A stretch of DNA of 60,872 bases from a virus (IMGVR_UViG_3300044878_000242:1-60872); one strand, 5' to 3'; counted from the stretch's first letter, positions 53,098 through 60,872 are shown. Notes: generated by a model not told the origin, from the letters alone. A program made the numbers and translations.

Positions 53098-53445
53098 TCA
53101 CGCCATCGGACTATCATCATTCAACGCGCTTTGCCCCTGCCCCTCGACCACCTGAAACCGATCATACGGCTCCACCCAATACCCTGGCTGCTGTTGCGGC
53201 TGGCCTCCGTAAAGCGGTAGCGCCGGCATCCTGATATGATTATTGATCCGGGGCGGCTGCCCCCCGCCAAATACCGCCGCCGTCCATTGCCGGTTCAAAA
53301 ATAATAGCGCCAGGGCCATCACCACCCCCCCCAAAATAAACATTGCCAGCGCCAAGAAAATAATCCAGGCTGTTTCATTGACTGCAAAAAGGTAGACCAA
53401 CCCTGCGCCTATCGCCAGGCCCAATCCCAAACCAACAGCTTTCAT
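53098..53445 (-). CDS. Two-TM membrane protein
   Basis: Hydrophobic N-terminal half; coupled to the FtsK-like gene. Confidence 0.6.
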   Translation of the reverse strand: MKAVGLGLGLAIGAGLVYLFAVNETAWIIFLALAMFILGGVVMALALLFLNRQWTAAVFGGGQPPRINNHIRMPALPLYGGQPQQQPGYWVEPYDRFQVVEGQGQSALNDDSPMA

Positions 53446-54743
53446 ATTGCCACGCCCCCTTCTCGTCTAACCCGGATCCAGTATTGTATCCGGCTTCTCA
53501 CCTCTATTGCGTAATCCCGCGCAAGCTGGGACTGCCCCATGCTGCCCTTAAATTGTCGCTGAATCCCCGTGGCGCTATCTCGGACCACCAACGCATAGGC
53601 CAGTCGATCCGGGTCTACCTGCCACCTGCCCGGCTCAATCACCCTATCCCCAATCGGCTCGCCAAGTCCCGGTGTTGAGATTGTTTCTACCCTCGGAAGC
53701 TGCTCATAGTCCGCTTCTGCCGGCAGCGCCACCCTGAATCGGATCACCGGCCCGCCGTTGGTGGCCAGCGCGTCGCCTTTGCCGGTCCCATCCGGGCTGC
53801 CCAGGCTGCCGGTGTGTTGGCCCTTCACCCGCAGCGCCATATAAGCCTGGTCGTCCGGCAGTTGCAGCGCGATCCGGGCCAGGAAGTTGGCCTGGGCCAA
53901 ACTCCCCTTGTCTCCAAACGTGCTCGGATTCGCCGCCTGGCTGGCCACAACCAGGTTGAATCCCAACCCGCCTGACATCTGGCTGAGTTGGGTAATCATC
54001 GGGCCACTTTCCCTCATTACCTCGGTCAATTGGGCGACCTCATCTAAAATAATCGCCCATCTCACCCGCTGGCGCTGCGCATCGGCCCGCCGCTCCTCCA
54101 TCTCTCGCAGGGCATAGCGTAGCAACCCCACTGAAGACTCGTAATCATTCGCAATCGGCGCGGCCAAATGCGCCAGATTTTCAAACGGCCTAAAAGCCGG
54201 ATCATTCTTTGGGTTGATAATCAAAAACTTTAGCTCTTCCGGCTTGTACGCTCGCGCCAGGCTCAACACCACCACCGCCTCTAAGACGGTTTTGCCGGTG
54301 CGCGTCGAGCCAAAAATGGCCTTGTGCGGATTATTCTCCAAATCGAGCCGGGCCACTGGCCCCAGGGCCCGTTGGCCCACCGTAATGCTCTCTCGATGCT
54401 TCGGCAGATTAGCCAGCCGTACCTCCCGCCATTGGGCCGAGGGCAAGGTAAATTCCACCCGGATCAAGTTCAAATCCCGATACACCCGCGCAAAATGGCT
54501 TTGTGACCGCATAGCGAATCGCTCACCCAGCCCGCTCACAGTATCCCAATCCAAATCATCAATCATCATGGAAACCGTCACGCACTGCGGTCCGGCCACC
54601 GGGCGCGAAGTGAATCTAAATGGAATCCCGTTGGGTAGTCTCACGCTTCGCCCCATCGTCCTGAAACCCTTCCGCTTTGCCTCGCTGTTCACCAACACCT
54701 GCGCCACCGCCGCCAAATAGAGTCGTTCGTCAAAATTTGCCAT
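53442..54743 (-). CDS. FtsK/SpoIIIE-family ATPase
   Basis: PHKAIFGSTRTGKT, IINPK, IILDEVAQL, LVVASQ. Confidence 0.85.
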   Translation of the reverse strand: MANFDERLYLAAVAQVLVNSEAKRKGFRTMGRSVRLPNGIPFRFTSRPVAGPQCVTVSMMIDDLDWDTVSGLGERFAMRSQSHFARVYRDLNLIRVEFTLPSAQWREVRLANLPKHRESITVGQRALGPVARLDLENNPHKAIFGSTRTGKTVLEAVVVLSLARAYKPEELKFLIINPKNDPAFRPFENLAHLAAPIANDYESSVGLLRYALREMEERRADAQRQRVRWAIILDEVAQLTEVMRESGPMITQLSQMSGGLGFNLVVASQAANPSTFGDKGSLAQANFLARIALQLPDDQAYMALRVKGQHTGSLGSPDGTGKGDALATNGGPVIRFRVALPAEADYEQLPRVETISTPGLGEPIGDRVIEPGRWQVDPDRLAYALVVRDSATGIQRQFKGSMGQSQLARDYAIEVRSRIQYWIRVRREGGVAI

Positions 54744-54974
54744 AATCCAAATCCTTTTCTACAATTTCACCTACCGGGTCAGGGAAACCAAATCGCCCTG
54801 CCCCCGGCCCCATCGAGTCTTTACCTCGATGGGATTTTTTTACCCTGCTAACCCGCTCCATTTTGCCCCGGTCAGGTTGGATCATCGCCCTTTCGGGCCC
54901 AACAACGCGCCACGCGTCGCGTTCAACCATTTCCTTTGCTTACTGCCGGGGCAAAATGCAACCGGCTAGAAATC

Positions 54975-55002
54975 AGGTCACACAAGGGAGGTTGTCTCCC
55001 CT
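54975..55002 (+). repeat. 28-bp motif, copy 10
   Basis: AGGTCACACAA-GGGAGG-TTGTCTCCCCT. Confidence 0.85.
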
Positions 55003-55877
55003 CGCTTTACCAGACAATAATACCGGTATTGCACATTGGCCTGCTTCATCTTCATTTTTTTTGCAATCACCGCCCATCGTACCCATTGCCGCCGGCAATC
55101 CAGCAAAAAAGCATCAGCCTCTTTGCTCCAGCGTTCGTCGAACAACACGCTCCTGGCCGCCCCCTTACCTTTCAAGAACCTCACCTCCGGCCGCGTCGCC
55201 TCAGACCGCAATATCTTCCAGTTGGACCACTTTACCGCTTTGATCTCCCCCCGCCGGATCGCCCGGTTTACATCAAAATGTTCTACCCCGTGATACGCCG
55301 CCACCTCGCCAATCGTCCACCACTCATCCCCCCAGCGCGCTTTTTGTCGCTCAATCAGCCGGCGCAGATGTGGGTCCAAAATCCGCGCGGTGTCCCTCAT
55401 AGAATTAAAAAAATATAGCCAATTCTCCGGGTTCACCGCCCAGCGCAGCAGCGTCACATACCGGATCATTCTAATCCGCCGCCCGCCTGGCAGCACCCGG
55501 CTCGGTAGCCGGCCCGTATCCGTCAAAAAACATATGGCATGTACATCTATCCCCAGCAGCGCCGCCGCCTGGTGCGCGGTCACCCAACCCGGTCGTTTGC
55601 TTTTAACGATAATCCCTCGCCGCACCTGGACGATTTTTATGGCGTTCTCTGTCCGCCCTAGCCGGGTTGCCAATTCGTTGGTATTCAGCACAGGTAGATT
55701 CTCATCCAGCCACCGCAGATCACTCAGGCTCCACCGAAACGACTTTGCCGGATTAACCCGGCCCGTCTCGATCACGCCGGACACCTGCGCCCCAGGATGC
55801 CGGCTGCCCACAATAGCCGGATCAACCCCGGATTCAAGTTCCGCTTCAGCTATCAACGAATCAAGATCAAACATCAT
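54978..55877 (-). CDS. Multi-HTH DNA-binding protein
   Basis: ELATRLGRTENAI, VTAHQAAALLGI and WTIGEVAAYHGV HTH-like units. Confidence 0.65.
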   Translation of the reverse strand: MMFDLDSLIAEAELESGVDPAIVGSRHPGAQVSGVIETGRVNPAKSFRWSLSDLRWLDENLPVLNTNELATRLGRTENAIKIVQVRRGIIVKSKRPGWVTAHQAAALLGIDVHAICFLTDTGRLPSRVLPGGRRIRMIRYVTLLRWAVNPENWLYFFNSMRDTARILDPHLRRLIERQKARWGDEWWTIGEVAAYHGVEHFDVNRAIRRGEIKAVKWSNWKILRSEATRPEVRFLKGKGAARSVLFDERWSKEADAFLLDCRRQWVRWAVIAKKMKMKQANVQYRYYCLVKRGETTSLV

Positions 55878-56835
55878 CGCAGTTCACCCGCTTAATCAAG
55901 CTCTCTACAAATTCAATCAACCCCGGGCAACTCAAGCACCTCGCCGTCAACCCGTTGGCCGCGCACGGGCCACACAACTCCTCAGCCATCGCCCGTATTT
56001 CCTCAGCGCAGGCCGGGCAAAAACAGCGCACCGCGATTGTCTCCGGCGCCGGCAGTTGCACCCGCTTTACCTCTGCCTGCTGCACGGCCACCCTTGCCGC
56101 AGGCGGAGCCACTACTACCGCCTGGTCCAGGGTTTGTTTCACCTTGGCAACCGACCGTACAATAACCTCAATGCTCGCCCCCTTCTCCGCAAACCGCCGC
56201 GCTAATTGCAGCCTGGTCTCTTCCGGCAATTCGAGCAAAGCCTTGGTTACATGGCTATCCTTGCTGATTTGCCCACTTTCCATATACCCCATAATCTCCG
56301 GGTCTAATTTTAATATATCCATCCGGCTCTTGATATACCCCTGCGATTTTCCGCACAATTTAGAAACCCTATTAAGGCTCTTGTGGATTTTTAGAAGCCG
56401 CTCGTAAGCCCGCCCCTCCTCTACCAGAGTCAAATCCTCTCGCTGCAAATTCTCCACCACCGCCACAGATTCTCTGTCCATCTGCTCCGGCGCCACCCTC
56501 ACCCGTACCTCAACTCGTTTTAGAATCGGGTACGTTCCCAAAACCTCCCAGGCGTCATCCCGACACACCAGCTCAATCGCTTCATCCAGCGGAACCAGGT
56601 CCGTCGATAACGCAATCGCGCACATCGCCCTGGAGCGCCGTTCCCCGGCGAGCAGCCGGTAGTGCCCATTTTCCGCGTACACAATCGGCGGATTGAGCAG
56701 GCTGTGCTGCCGGATGCTGTCCACCAATTCACTCATGCTGCCTGCCTCAAACTTCTGCCGCACCTGCTGCGGCCCTGGCTTGATTTTGTCCAGCGTTGTT
56801 TTTCGCTCTTGCAACATCTCCAATTCGATCATCAC
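55867..56835 (-). CDS. parB: ParB-family protein with Cys-rich C-terminus
   Basis: ELVDSIRQHSLLNPPIV, LLAGERR, ENLQREDL..VEEG, HTH; CFCPAC..CGPC..CLSC. Confidence 0.85.
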   Translation of the reverse strand: MMIELEMLQERKTTLDKIKPGPQQVRQKFEAGSMSELVDSIRQHSLLNPPIVYAENGHYRLLAGERRSRAMCAIALSTDLVPLDEAIELVCRDDAWEVLGTYPILKRVEVRVRVAPEQMDRESVAVVENLQREDLTLVEEGRAYERLLKIHKSLNRVSKLCGKSQGYIKSRMDILKLDPEIMGYMESGQISKDSHVTKALLELPEETRLQLARRFAEKGASIEVIVRSVAKVKQTLDQAVVVAPPAARVAVQQAEVKRVQLPAPETIAVRCFCPACAEEIRAMAEELCGPCAANGLTARCLSCPGLIEFVESLIKRVNCDDV

Positions 56836-56885
56836 TCTACCCTCGCCCTATTTTCTACTAATTACTAATTACTAATTACTAACTA

Positions 56886-57113
56886 CTAACTACTGGTCAA
56901 CCGCCACTGCTTCACCCGGCGCCCCTTAAAATGCTTATCCTGCCGCCCGATATGAAACAGCCCGCACCATTTGCACCGGTACACCCGCCGCTGCTCCCTG
57001 AGCGCCCCCACCCGATACAACACCATCAACCCGTGAAACGCCTGCTCAAACGTCTCATACCGGCCCGATTTGTTAGTACACTCCCTGCGGCGCAGCCGGC
57101 GCTTACTGGACAT
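56886..57113 (-). CDS. Small zinc-finger protein
   Basis: C..K..Y...YRCKWCGLFHIG. Confidence 0.6.
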   Translation of the reverse strand: MSSKRRLRRRECTNKSGRYETFEQAFHGLMVLYRVGALREQRRVYRCKWCGLFHIGRQDKHFKGRRVKQWRLTSS

Positions 57114-57330
57114 TGTGTCCATTCCGGCTAACTGCCAACTCCCCCGCATCCAGCGCCCTCACTACGTCGCCCAACTCCACGATCAACCGGCCCCTAGCGT
57201 CCCGGCAGTGCAGCCGTCCGGCTCTCAGATTCTCGTCAACCCAGCGCACCGCCCCCAGCGCCGCCAAATACGCCTGGTTCCGCTCTTTTAGCGCCGCCGT
57301 GTCCATTAACTGATTAAAATTGCCGTCCAT
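57103..57330 (-). CDS. Hypothetical protein
   Basis: GGAGG RBS before MDGNF. Confidence 0.5.
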   Translation of the reverse strand: MDGNFNQLMDTAALKERNQAYLAALGAVRWVDENLRAGRLHCRDARGRLIVELGDVVRALDAGELAVSRNGHNVQ

Positions 57331-57352
57331 AAAACGCCTCCTGCCAACTCCG

Positions 57353-57829
57353 CTACGCAATTGCCCGATCAAGCTCCGGCAATTTTATCTCTGATTTTTC
57401 GCTAATAATAGCCGCCAACCTAAAATTCGCCGCGCATTTCAAGATGTGATCGGCCAGACGTTTCTCCTCATCGGTCAAGCTTTGCCGGGGCGTTTTTATC
57501 ACAACCTCACTTCCTCGCACAATTTTATCCAGCCCCCCATTAAGGTAAGTCACACCAAGGTTGATTCTGCCTGAATCGTTCAGGCATTGAAACGCCTCCC
57601 CCCTAAATACCGGTTTAAGGATTACATTGTGATTTTTCTCCAGTTTCTTGCGCCACACCTGGGTAATCGTTTTCCAACGCCTCTGGTCCCATTTAATCCC
57701 TATCACCTCCTCTATTTCCGCGTATTTGATCTGCTGGTTCGGAGCCGGGGTACCAAATTTATCAAGGAGCGCATTAACCTCCGGCTCGGTAGTTGCGCCC
57801 CCCTTTGGAAATACGTAATTTTTTGTCAT
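57353..57829 (-). CDS. Uncharacterised partner of the Cas7-like gene (possible winged-helix DNA-binding protein)
   Basis: ATGA overlap with 57826-58491; basic, IKYAEIEEVIG helix pattern. Confidence 0.65.
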   Translation of the reverse strand: MTKNYVFPKGGATTEPEVNALLDKFGTPAPNQQIKYAEIEEVIGIKWDQRRWKTITQVWRKKLEKNHNVILKPVFRGEAFQCLNDSGRINLGVTYLNGGLDKIVRGSEVVIKTPRQSLTDEEKRLADHILKCAANFRLAAIISEKSEIKLPELDRAIA

Positions 57830-58491
57830 TTCATCAACTCCTCAACTTGAACCGTAAATTTACCAAATGATCCCGGAGATTTTGGTGAGGACGGTCGCCA
57901 ATCGCCCAGCCCGCAGTAGGCTCCGGCAGTGGTGATAATAGTGGTTAAAACGTGCTTCGTTATCCGCTCATCAAAAACGGTCAGACTGCCCGCGAGCCGC
58001 CAATTATCGAAGCGCGGTCTAACTCTAACGTGTTTGGCCGCGCCGATTTTGGCCCGCTTCACAAACAACTCAAACCCCAGCGACTCCACGGTCTCCTTAT
58101 GCTGCTGAAAATCATCAACCCGGGTTAGAGGCTTTATCTTATCGTAAAGCACCTCAGCTCCATTGATTAAAATCGCCCAGGCCGATTGGTCTACCACGAT
58201 GCCCGATTGAGTCACCGCTTTAAATGTTTCCGTCCCCTTCCCCGTGCTGATTTTTTTGCCGCCTTCGCGCAGCATCGTCATTAAATTATCAGCCGGAACA
58301 ACGATCTTCCCACCCTCCACATACAGGCAGCCCATCCAGCGCCACGCCGGTGTTCTGTCGTCGCCGGGCACGCTGCTTTTGCTGTGAGTTGGATCTGTAG
58401 ACCACTTTTTCAGCATATCACCCCAATCCAAATTGTCCTGATGTAGCAACAATGGAGTCTCCCCAACCAAAATAACTTTATATCGTTTCAT
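57826..58491 (-). CDS. Solitary Cas7/RAMP-like protein (Vipr-like)
   Basis: RAMP hallmarks: beta1 YKVILVGETPLLLH, VVPADNLMTMLREGG, VRVRPRF, and C-terminal G-rich loop GLGDWRP...GSFGKFTV. Confidence 0.75.
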   Translation of the reverse strand: MKRYKVILVGETPLLLHQDNLDWGDMLKKWSTDPTHSKSSVPGDDRTPAWRWMGCLYVEGGKIVVPADNLMTMLREGGKKISTGKGTETFKAVTQSGIVVDQSAWAILINGAEVLYDKIKPLTRVDDFQQHKETVESLGFELFVKRAKIGAAKHVRVRPRFDNWRLAGSLTVFDERITKHVLTTIITTAGAYCGLGDWRPSSPKSPGSFGKFTVQVEELMK

Positions 58492-58529
58492 CGTTAGCCC
58501 CTTATAAATAAATTTGTTAGTAAAAGTTT

Positions 58530-58743
58530 GGCTTTACAGCCCCTCGATCCGTGCCATGCCGTGCCGCGCCCTGCCACGCCTCACCCCGCCACGCCGTGAT
58601 CCTTGCCCTGCCTAGCCAGGCCTCGCCCAGCCAAGCCGTGCCTCGCCCAGCCAAGCCATGCCCAGCCGTGATCCTCGCCTTGCCCTGCCTTGCCTTGCCG
58701 CGCCAAGCCGCGCCGCGCCGTGATCCCTGCCTAAAACCAGGCC
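58530..58743 (-). ncRNA. GGY-NN pentamer array: candidate guide RNAs in three tracts with GGATCAC separators and a 3' GNRA hairpin
   Basis: Tracts of 9 (58719-58675), 13 (58667-58603) and 9 (58595-58551) GGYNN units; GGATCAC three times; terminal GGATCG; GGCT-GTAA-AGCC hairpin. Confidence 0.8.
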
Positions 58744-58766
58744 ACACAAGAAAGCTTGTTCATCCT
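58739..58766 (+). repeat. 28-bp motif, copy 11 (at the 5' edge of the GGYNN array)
   Basis: AGGCCACACAA-GAAAGC-TTGTTCATCCT. Confidence 0.8.
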
Positions 58767-58768
58767 CT

Positions 58769-59020
58769 CTACCCAAACAACCCCTCCAACAGCGCCTCAG
58801 TCTCCCTCACCTCCGGCTGGGCCGCCGCCCGGGCCTCGACCAATCCACCTGCCGCCACCCGGTCCAGAATATCCGCCCGCCGGTGGGGGTCCGCCGCGCC
58901 GAGCATCGCCAGCAGCTCCCCCAACTCCACACTATGGAATCGGGGATCAAACCTCACGTTCAGCCGGTACATCCTCCCCGGATTCGCCGGCCGCCCCGAT
59001 TTCCCCTTTGCCCCAGCCAT
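58769..59020 (-). CDS. Small DNA-binding-like protein (possible ParR-type adaptor)
   Basis: MAGAKGKSGRP...YRLNVRFD strand then helices; two genes downstream of parM. Confidence 0.45.
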   Translation of the reverse strand: MAGAKGKSGRPANPGRMYRLNVRFDPRFHSVELGELLAMLGAADPHRRADILDRVAAGGLVEARAAAQPEVRETEALLEGLFG

Positions 59021-59026
59021 ATTGAA

Positions 59027-59806
59027 TTACCAACTCCGTTGTGCTTTCTTAAATTTGGCTTCCATCTCATCAACTTCATAGCGGACACTCTCGGCCAACC
59101 GCCGGGCCTCGGCTGCCTCTCTTTGGGCGTCATCAGCTTTCCGGCGGGCGGCCGATTCCGCTTCTCCGTGATAATATTCAGCGTTAGAATACGCGCGTTC
59201 AATCTCCTCGATTTGGCCGGTTAATGTATTCCGATCTGCCTGAATTTTAGTAAAAAGGTTGAGCAGGGTGACGGCTACTGGATCGCCCGAAACCTGGTCA
59301 AACAAAGACCTAAGTTTATCATCCTCTTGAACTTTGGCCGTTGCTTTTTTTCTTCGCTGCGCCTCTTTCTCGACCATGTACTCGGCCTCTCTGATCTCTT
59401 CTTCGGCTTGTCTCCACCACGATTTAGCCGCACAGTCCAACGCCTCACCCAGGTTGTCAAACGAATTATATTGGTCAACTCGCCATTTGAGTGTGGTATT
59501 TTTGGAGAGGTCATCTACCTGATTCAAGACAGTGGACAATCCGAAATGATCTGGAATGTTCAGGTGGAAGACGATGGAGTTCAGTCCCGTGTTACCTCTC
59601 CAGTTCCCCTCAAGTTTTCCAAATAATTTAAACTCGCTGATATCAGCCCCCGTATATCCTGCCAAAAACTCGCAAACTGCGGGAAATAGGTTATCTAACA
59701 CGGCCTTTTGTTTTGCTTGTATTTCCTCGTCTCTGGCAATCCGCATGTCCTCCGCCTGGCGGATTTTATCCTGATATTCAATTTTTAATTCTGTAAAAGT
59801 GGTCAT
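59027..59806 (-). CDS. Coiled-coil hypothetical protein
   Basis: AGGAG RBS; long charged helices. Confidence 0.65.
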   Translation of the reverse strand: MTTFTELKIEYQDKIRQAEDMRIARDEEIQAKQKAVLDNLFPAVCEFLAGYTGADISEFKLFGKLEGNWRGNTGLNSIVFHLNIPDHFGLSTVLNQVDDLSKNTTLKWRVDQYNSFDNLGEALDCAAKSWWRQAEEEIREAEYMVEKEAQRRKKATAKVQEDDKLRSLFDQVSGDPVAVTLLNLFTKIQADRNTLTGQIEEIERAYSNAEYYHGEAESAARRKADDAQREAAEARRLAESVRYEVDEMEAKFKKAQRSW

Positions 59807-59847
59807 AATTTTTCTCCTAAATCAAATTGCCCCACCTGGGTGAGGTC

Positions 59848-60872
59848 CTACCCCAGATACCCACTGATCGCCAGCTTTGCTAGCCCCCGCGCGTTGGCCA
59901 TCGCCGGCGCCGGTGCTAACTCCGCATGTGAAAATTCCTTGATCAACCGGCTGGCCAGGGCCACCGCCCCGCCACCGGTCAGGATAATCCGAAACTTTCC
60001 GGCATCTTTCCGTACCCGCTGCCGGATAAACTGCAACACATCCGCCGCCAGGCTGTTAATCGCCTGGTTAATCTCCGCGCTCACGTCCACCGGCTCACCG
60101 TGGGCATACACCATCGCCGCCTCACCATCGAGCAGCCGGCGCAACTGCCAATCGGCCTCGTGCAGCCCCAGGCTCACCCCATACCGCCGCTCGATATTGC
60201 CGATGAACATCTCCGCTGCCCGGGCCATCCCCAGGGCCTCGCCGGCTGTATAGCGCTCGCTCGGCCGGCCGTTCTCCACCGCGAACAAGTCCAGGGTATT
60301 GAAGCCCTGGTCAATCACCAGCACCGGCGCGTTCCGCCCTTCGGCCCCTTTGGACCATTGGCCGGTATTGTTGAACCCCCAGTCCAGCCAGGCCCCCAGC
60401 GGCTGGGCCACCGTCGCCCGAATTTTTACCACCTCTATCGCGGCCTCAACCCCATTAAAATCAAACCGGTGCCGTCCTACCAACCACGCCGCCATACCCC
60501 GTTCGGTATCCTCGGCCTGGCTTTTATTCGCCAGCATCTCCACCGGCAGCCCAATCGCTACGGCCACCTTCTGCCCGGTCAAACCCAGTTGCGCCACCAG
60601 CGCGTAAAACATCGCCCGCAGCTCCGAGCTGCTGACGAATCGGCTCTTGTCCAACTGCTCGATGGGCCGGGTATAGGTGGCCACATTGGGCCCCACCAGG
60701 TACTCCATCCCCTCAAACCCCACCTGAAACGGCAGATCACCCCGCCGGGCAATGTCCAGGCCGGCCAGGTTGAATCCGCTCGGCTCAATAATTCGCCCCG
60801 CGCCCGCCACGCTCGGCATGGTCGCCGTATTCATCTGCCCATTGATCCAGGCCGCTTTTTGGCAGCCATAGC
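59848..60872 (-). CDS. ParM/StbA-family actin-like ATPase (PRTRC protein D-like), 5' end cut by the window
   Basis: GLPVE, IDQGFNTLD (phosphate 2), ILTGGGA (adenosine), ANARG. Confidence 0.88.
   Translation of the reverse strand, partial: YGCQKAAWINGQMNTATMPSVAGAGRIIEPSGFNLAGLDIARRGDLPFQVGFEGMEYLVGPNVATYTRPIEQLDKSRFVSSSELRAMFYALVAQLGLTGQKVAVAIGLPVEMLANKSQAEDTERGMAAWLVGRHRFDFNGVEAAIEVVKIRATVAQPLGAWLDWGFNNTGQWSKGAEGRNAPVLVIDQGFNTLDLFAVENGRPSERYTAGEALGMARAAEMFIGNIERRYGVSLGLHEADWQLRRLLDGEAAMVYAHGEPVDVSAEINQAINSLAADVLQFIRQRVRKDAGKFRIILTGGGAVALASRLIKEFSHAELAPAPAMANARGLAKLAISGYLG
60326..60872. repeat. Imperfect direct terminal repeat, right copy
   Basis: Aligns without gaps to 1-547. Confidence 0.95.

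Larger units (their letters stand above)
1..60872. mobile_element. Temperate siphovirus-like phage or phage-plasmid, about one genome length
   Basis: Complete head, tail, packaging, replication, immunity and integration modules; terminal redundancy. Confidence 0.9.

Noticed and set aside
58545-58731. Canonical CRISPR array
   Set aside because: No 23-50 bp repeats with unique spacers; the only longer repeat is a 7-nt separator, and cas1/cas2 are absent.
58517-58747. 76-aa ORF (and plus-strand ORF 58551-59081) over the GGYNN array
   Set aside because: The low-complexity ARQG/AWLG peptide is a by-product of a 5-nt periodic repeat, which does not fit codon structure; there is no convincing RBS.

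Overview
The window looks like one essentially complete temperate tailed phage or phage-plasmid genome of about 60.3 kb. The host is probably Chloroflexota, inferred from a Pro/Thr-linker lipoprotein and a Chloroflexota-type DNA-binding domain. Both ends carry colinear copies of a ParM/StbA actin gene: 1-547 and 60326-60872, about 93% identical by hand count, with differences mostly at third codon positions. Most genes are on the minus strand. The genome has an immunity switch (CI-like repressor and RHH Cro-like gene), a large serine recombinase and a separate tyrosine recombinase. The siphovirus-type virion module has the terminase genes displaced to the far end of the tail genes. Also present are an initiator with iterons plus a DnaC-like loader, three DNA-modification enzymes, a PRTRC-type ubiquitin-like cassette (Ubl, F, E2, JAB, E1), ParB, FtsK and HerA. 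The most notable feature is a solitary Cas7/RAMP-like gene (57826-58491) directly downstream of a non-coding array of GGY-NN pentamers (58545-58743). The array is split into three tracts of 9, 13 and 9 pentamers by a GGATCAC separator. This is a candidate RNA-guided system with no cas1/cas2 or CRISPR array, and it resembles what I recall being described as VIPR. A second unexplained signal is a 28-bp 11-6-11 quasi-palindrome (AGGTCACACAA-N6-TTGTNNNNCCT) found 11 times, nearly always at gene junctions. All calls come from reading motifs by eye; no database searches were run.
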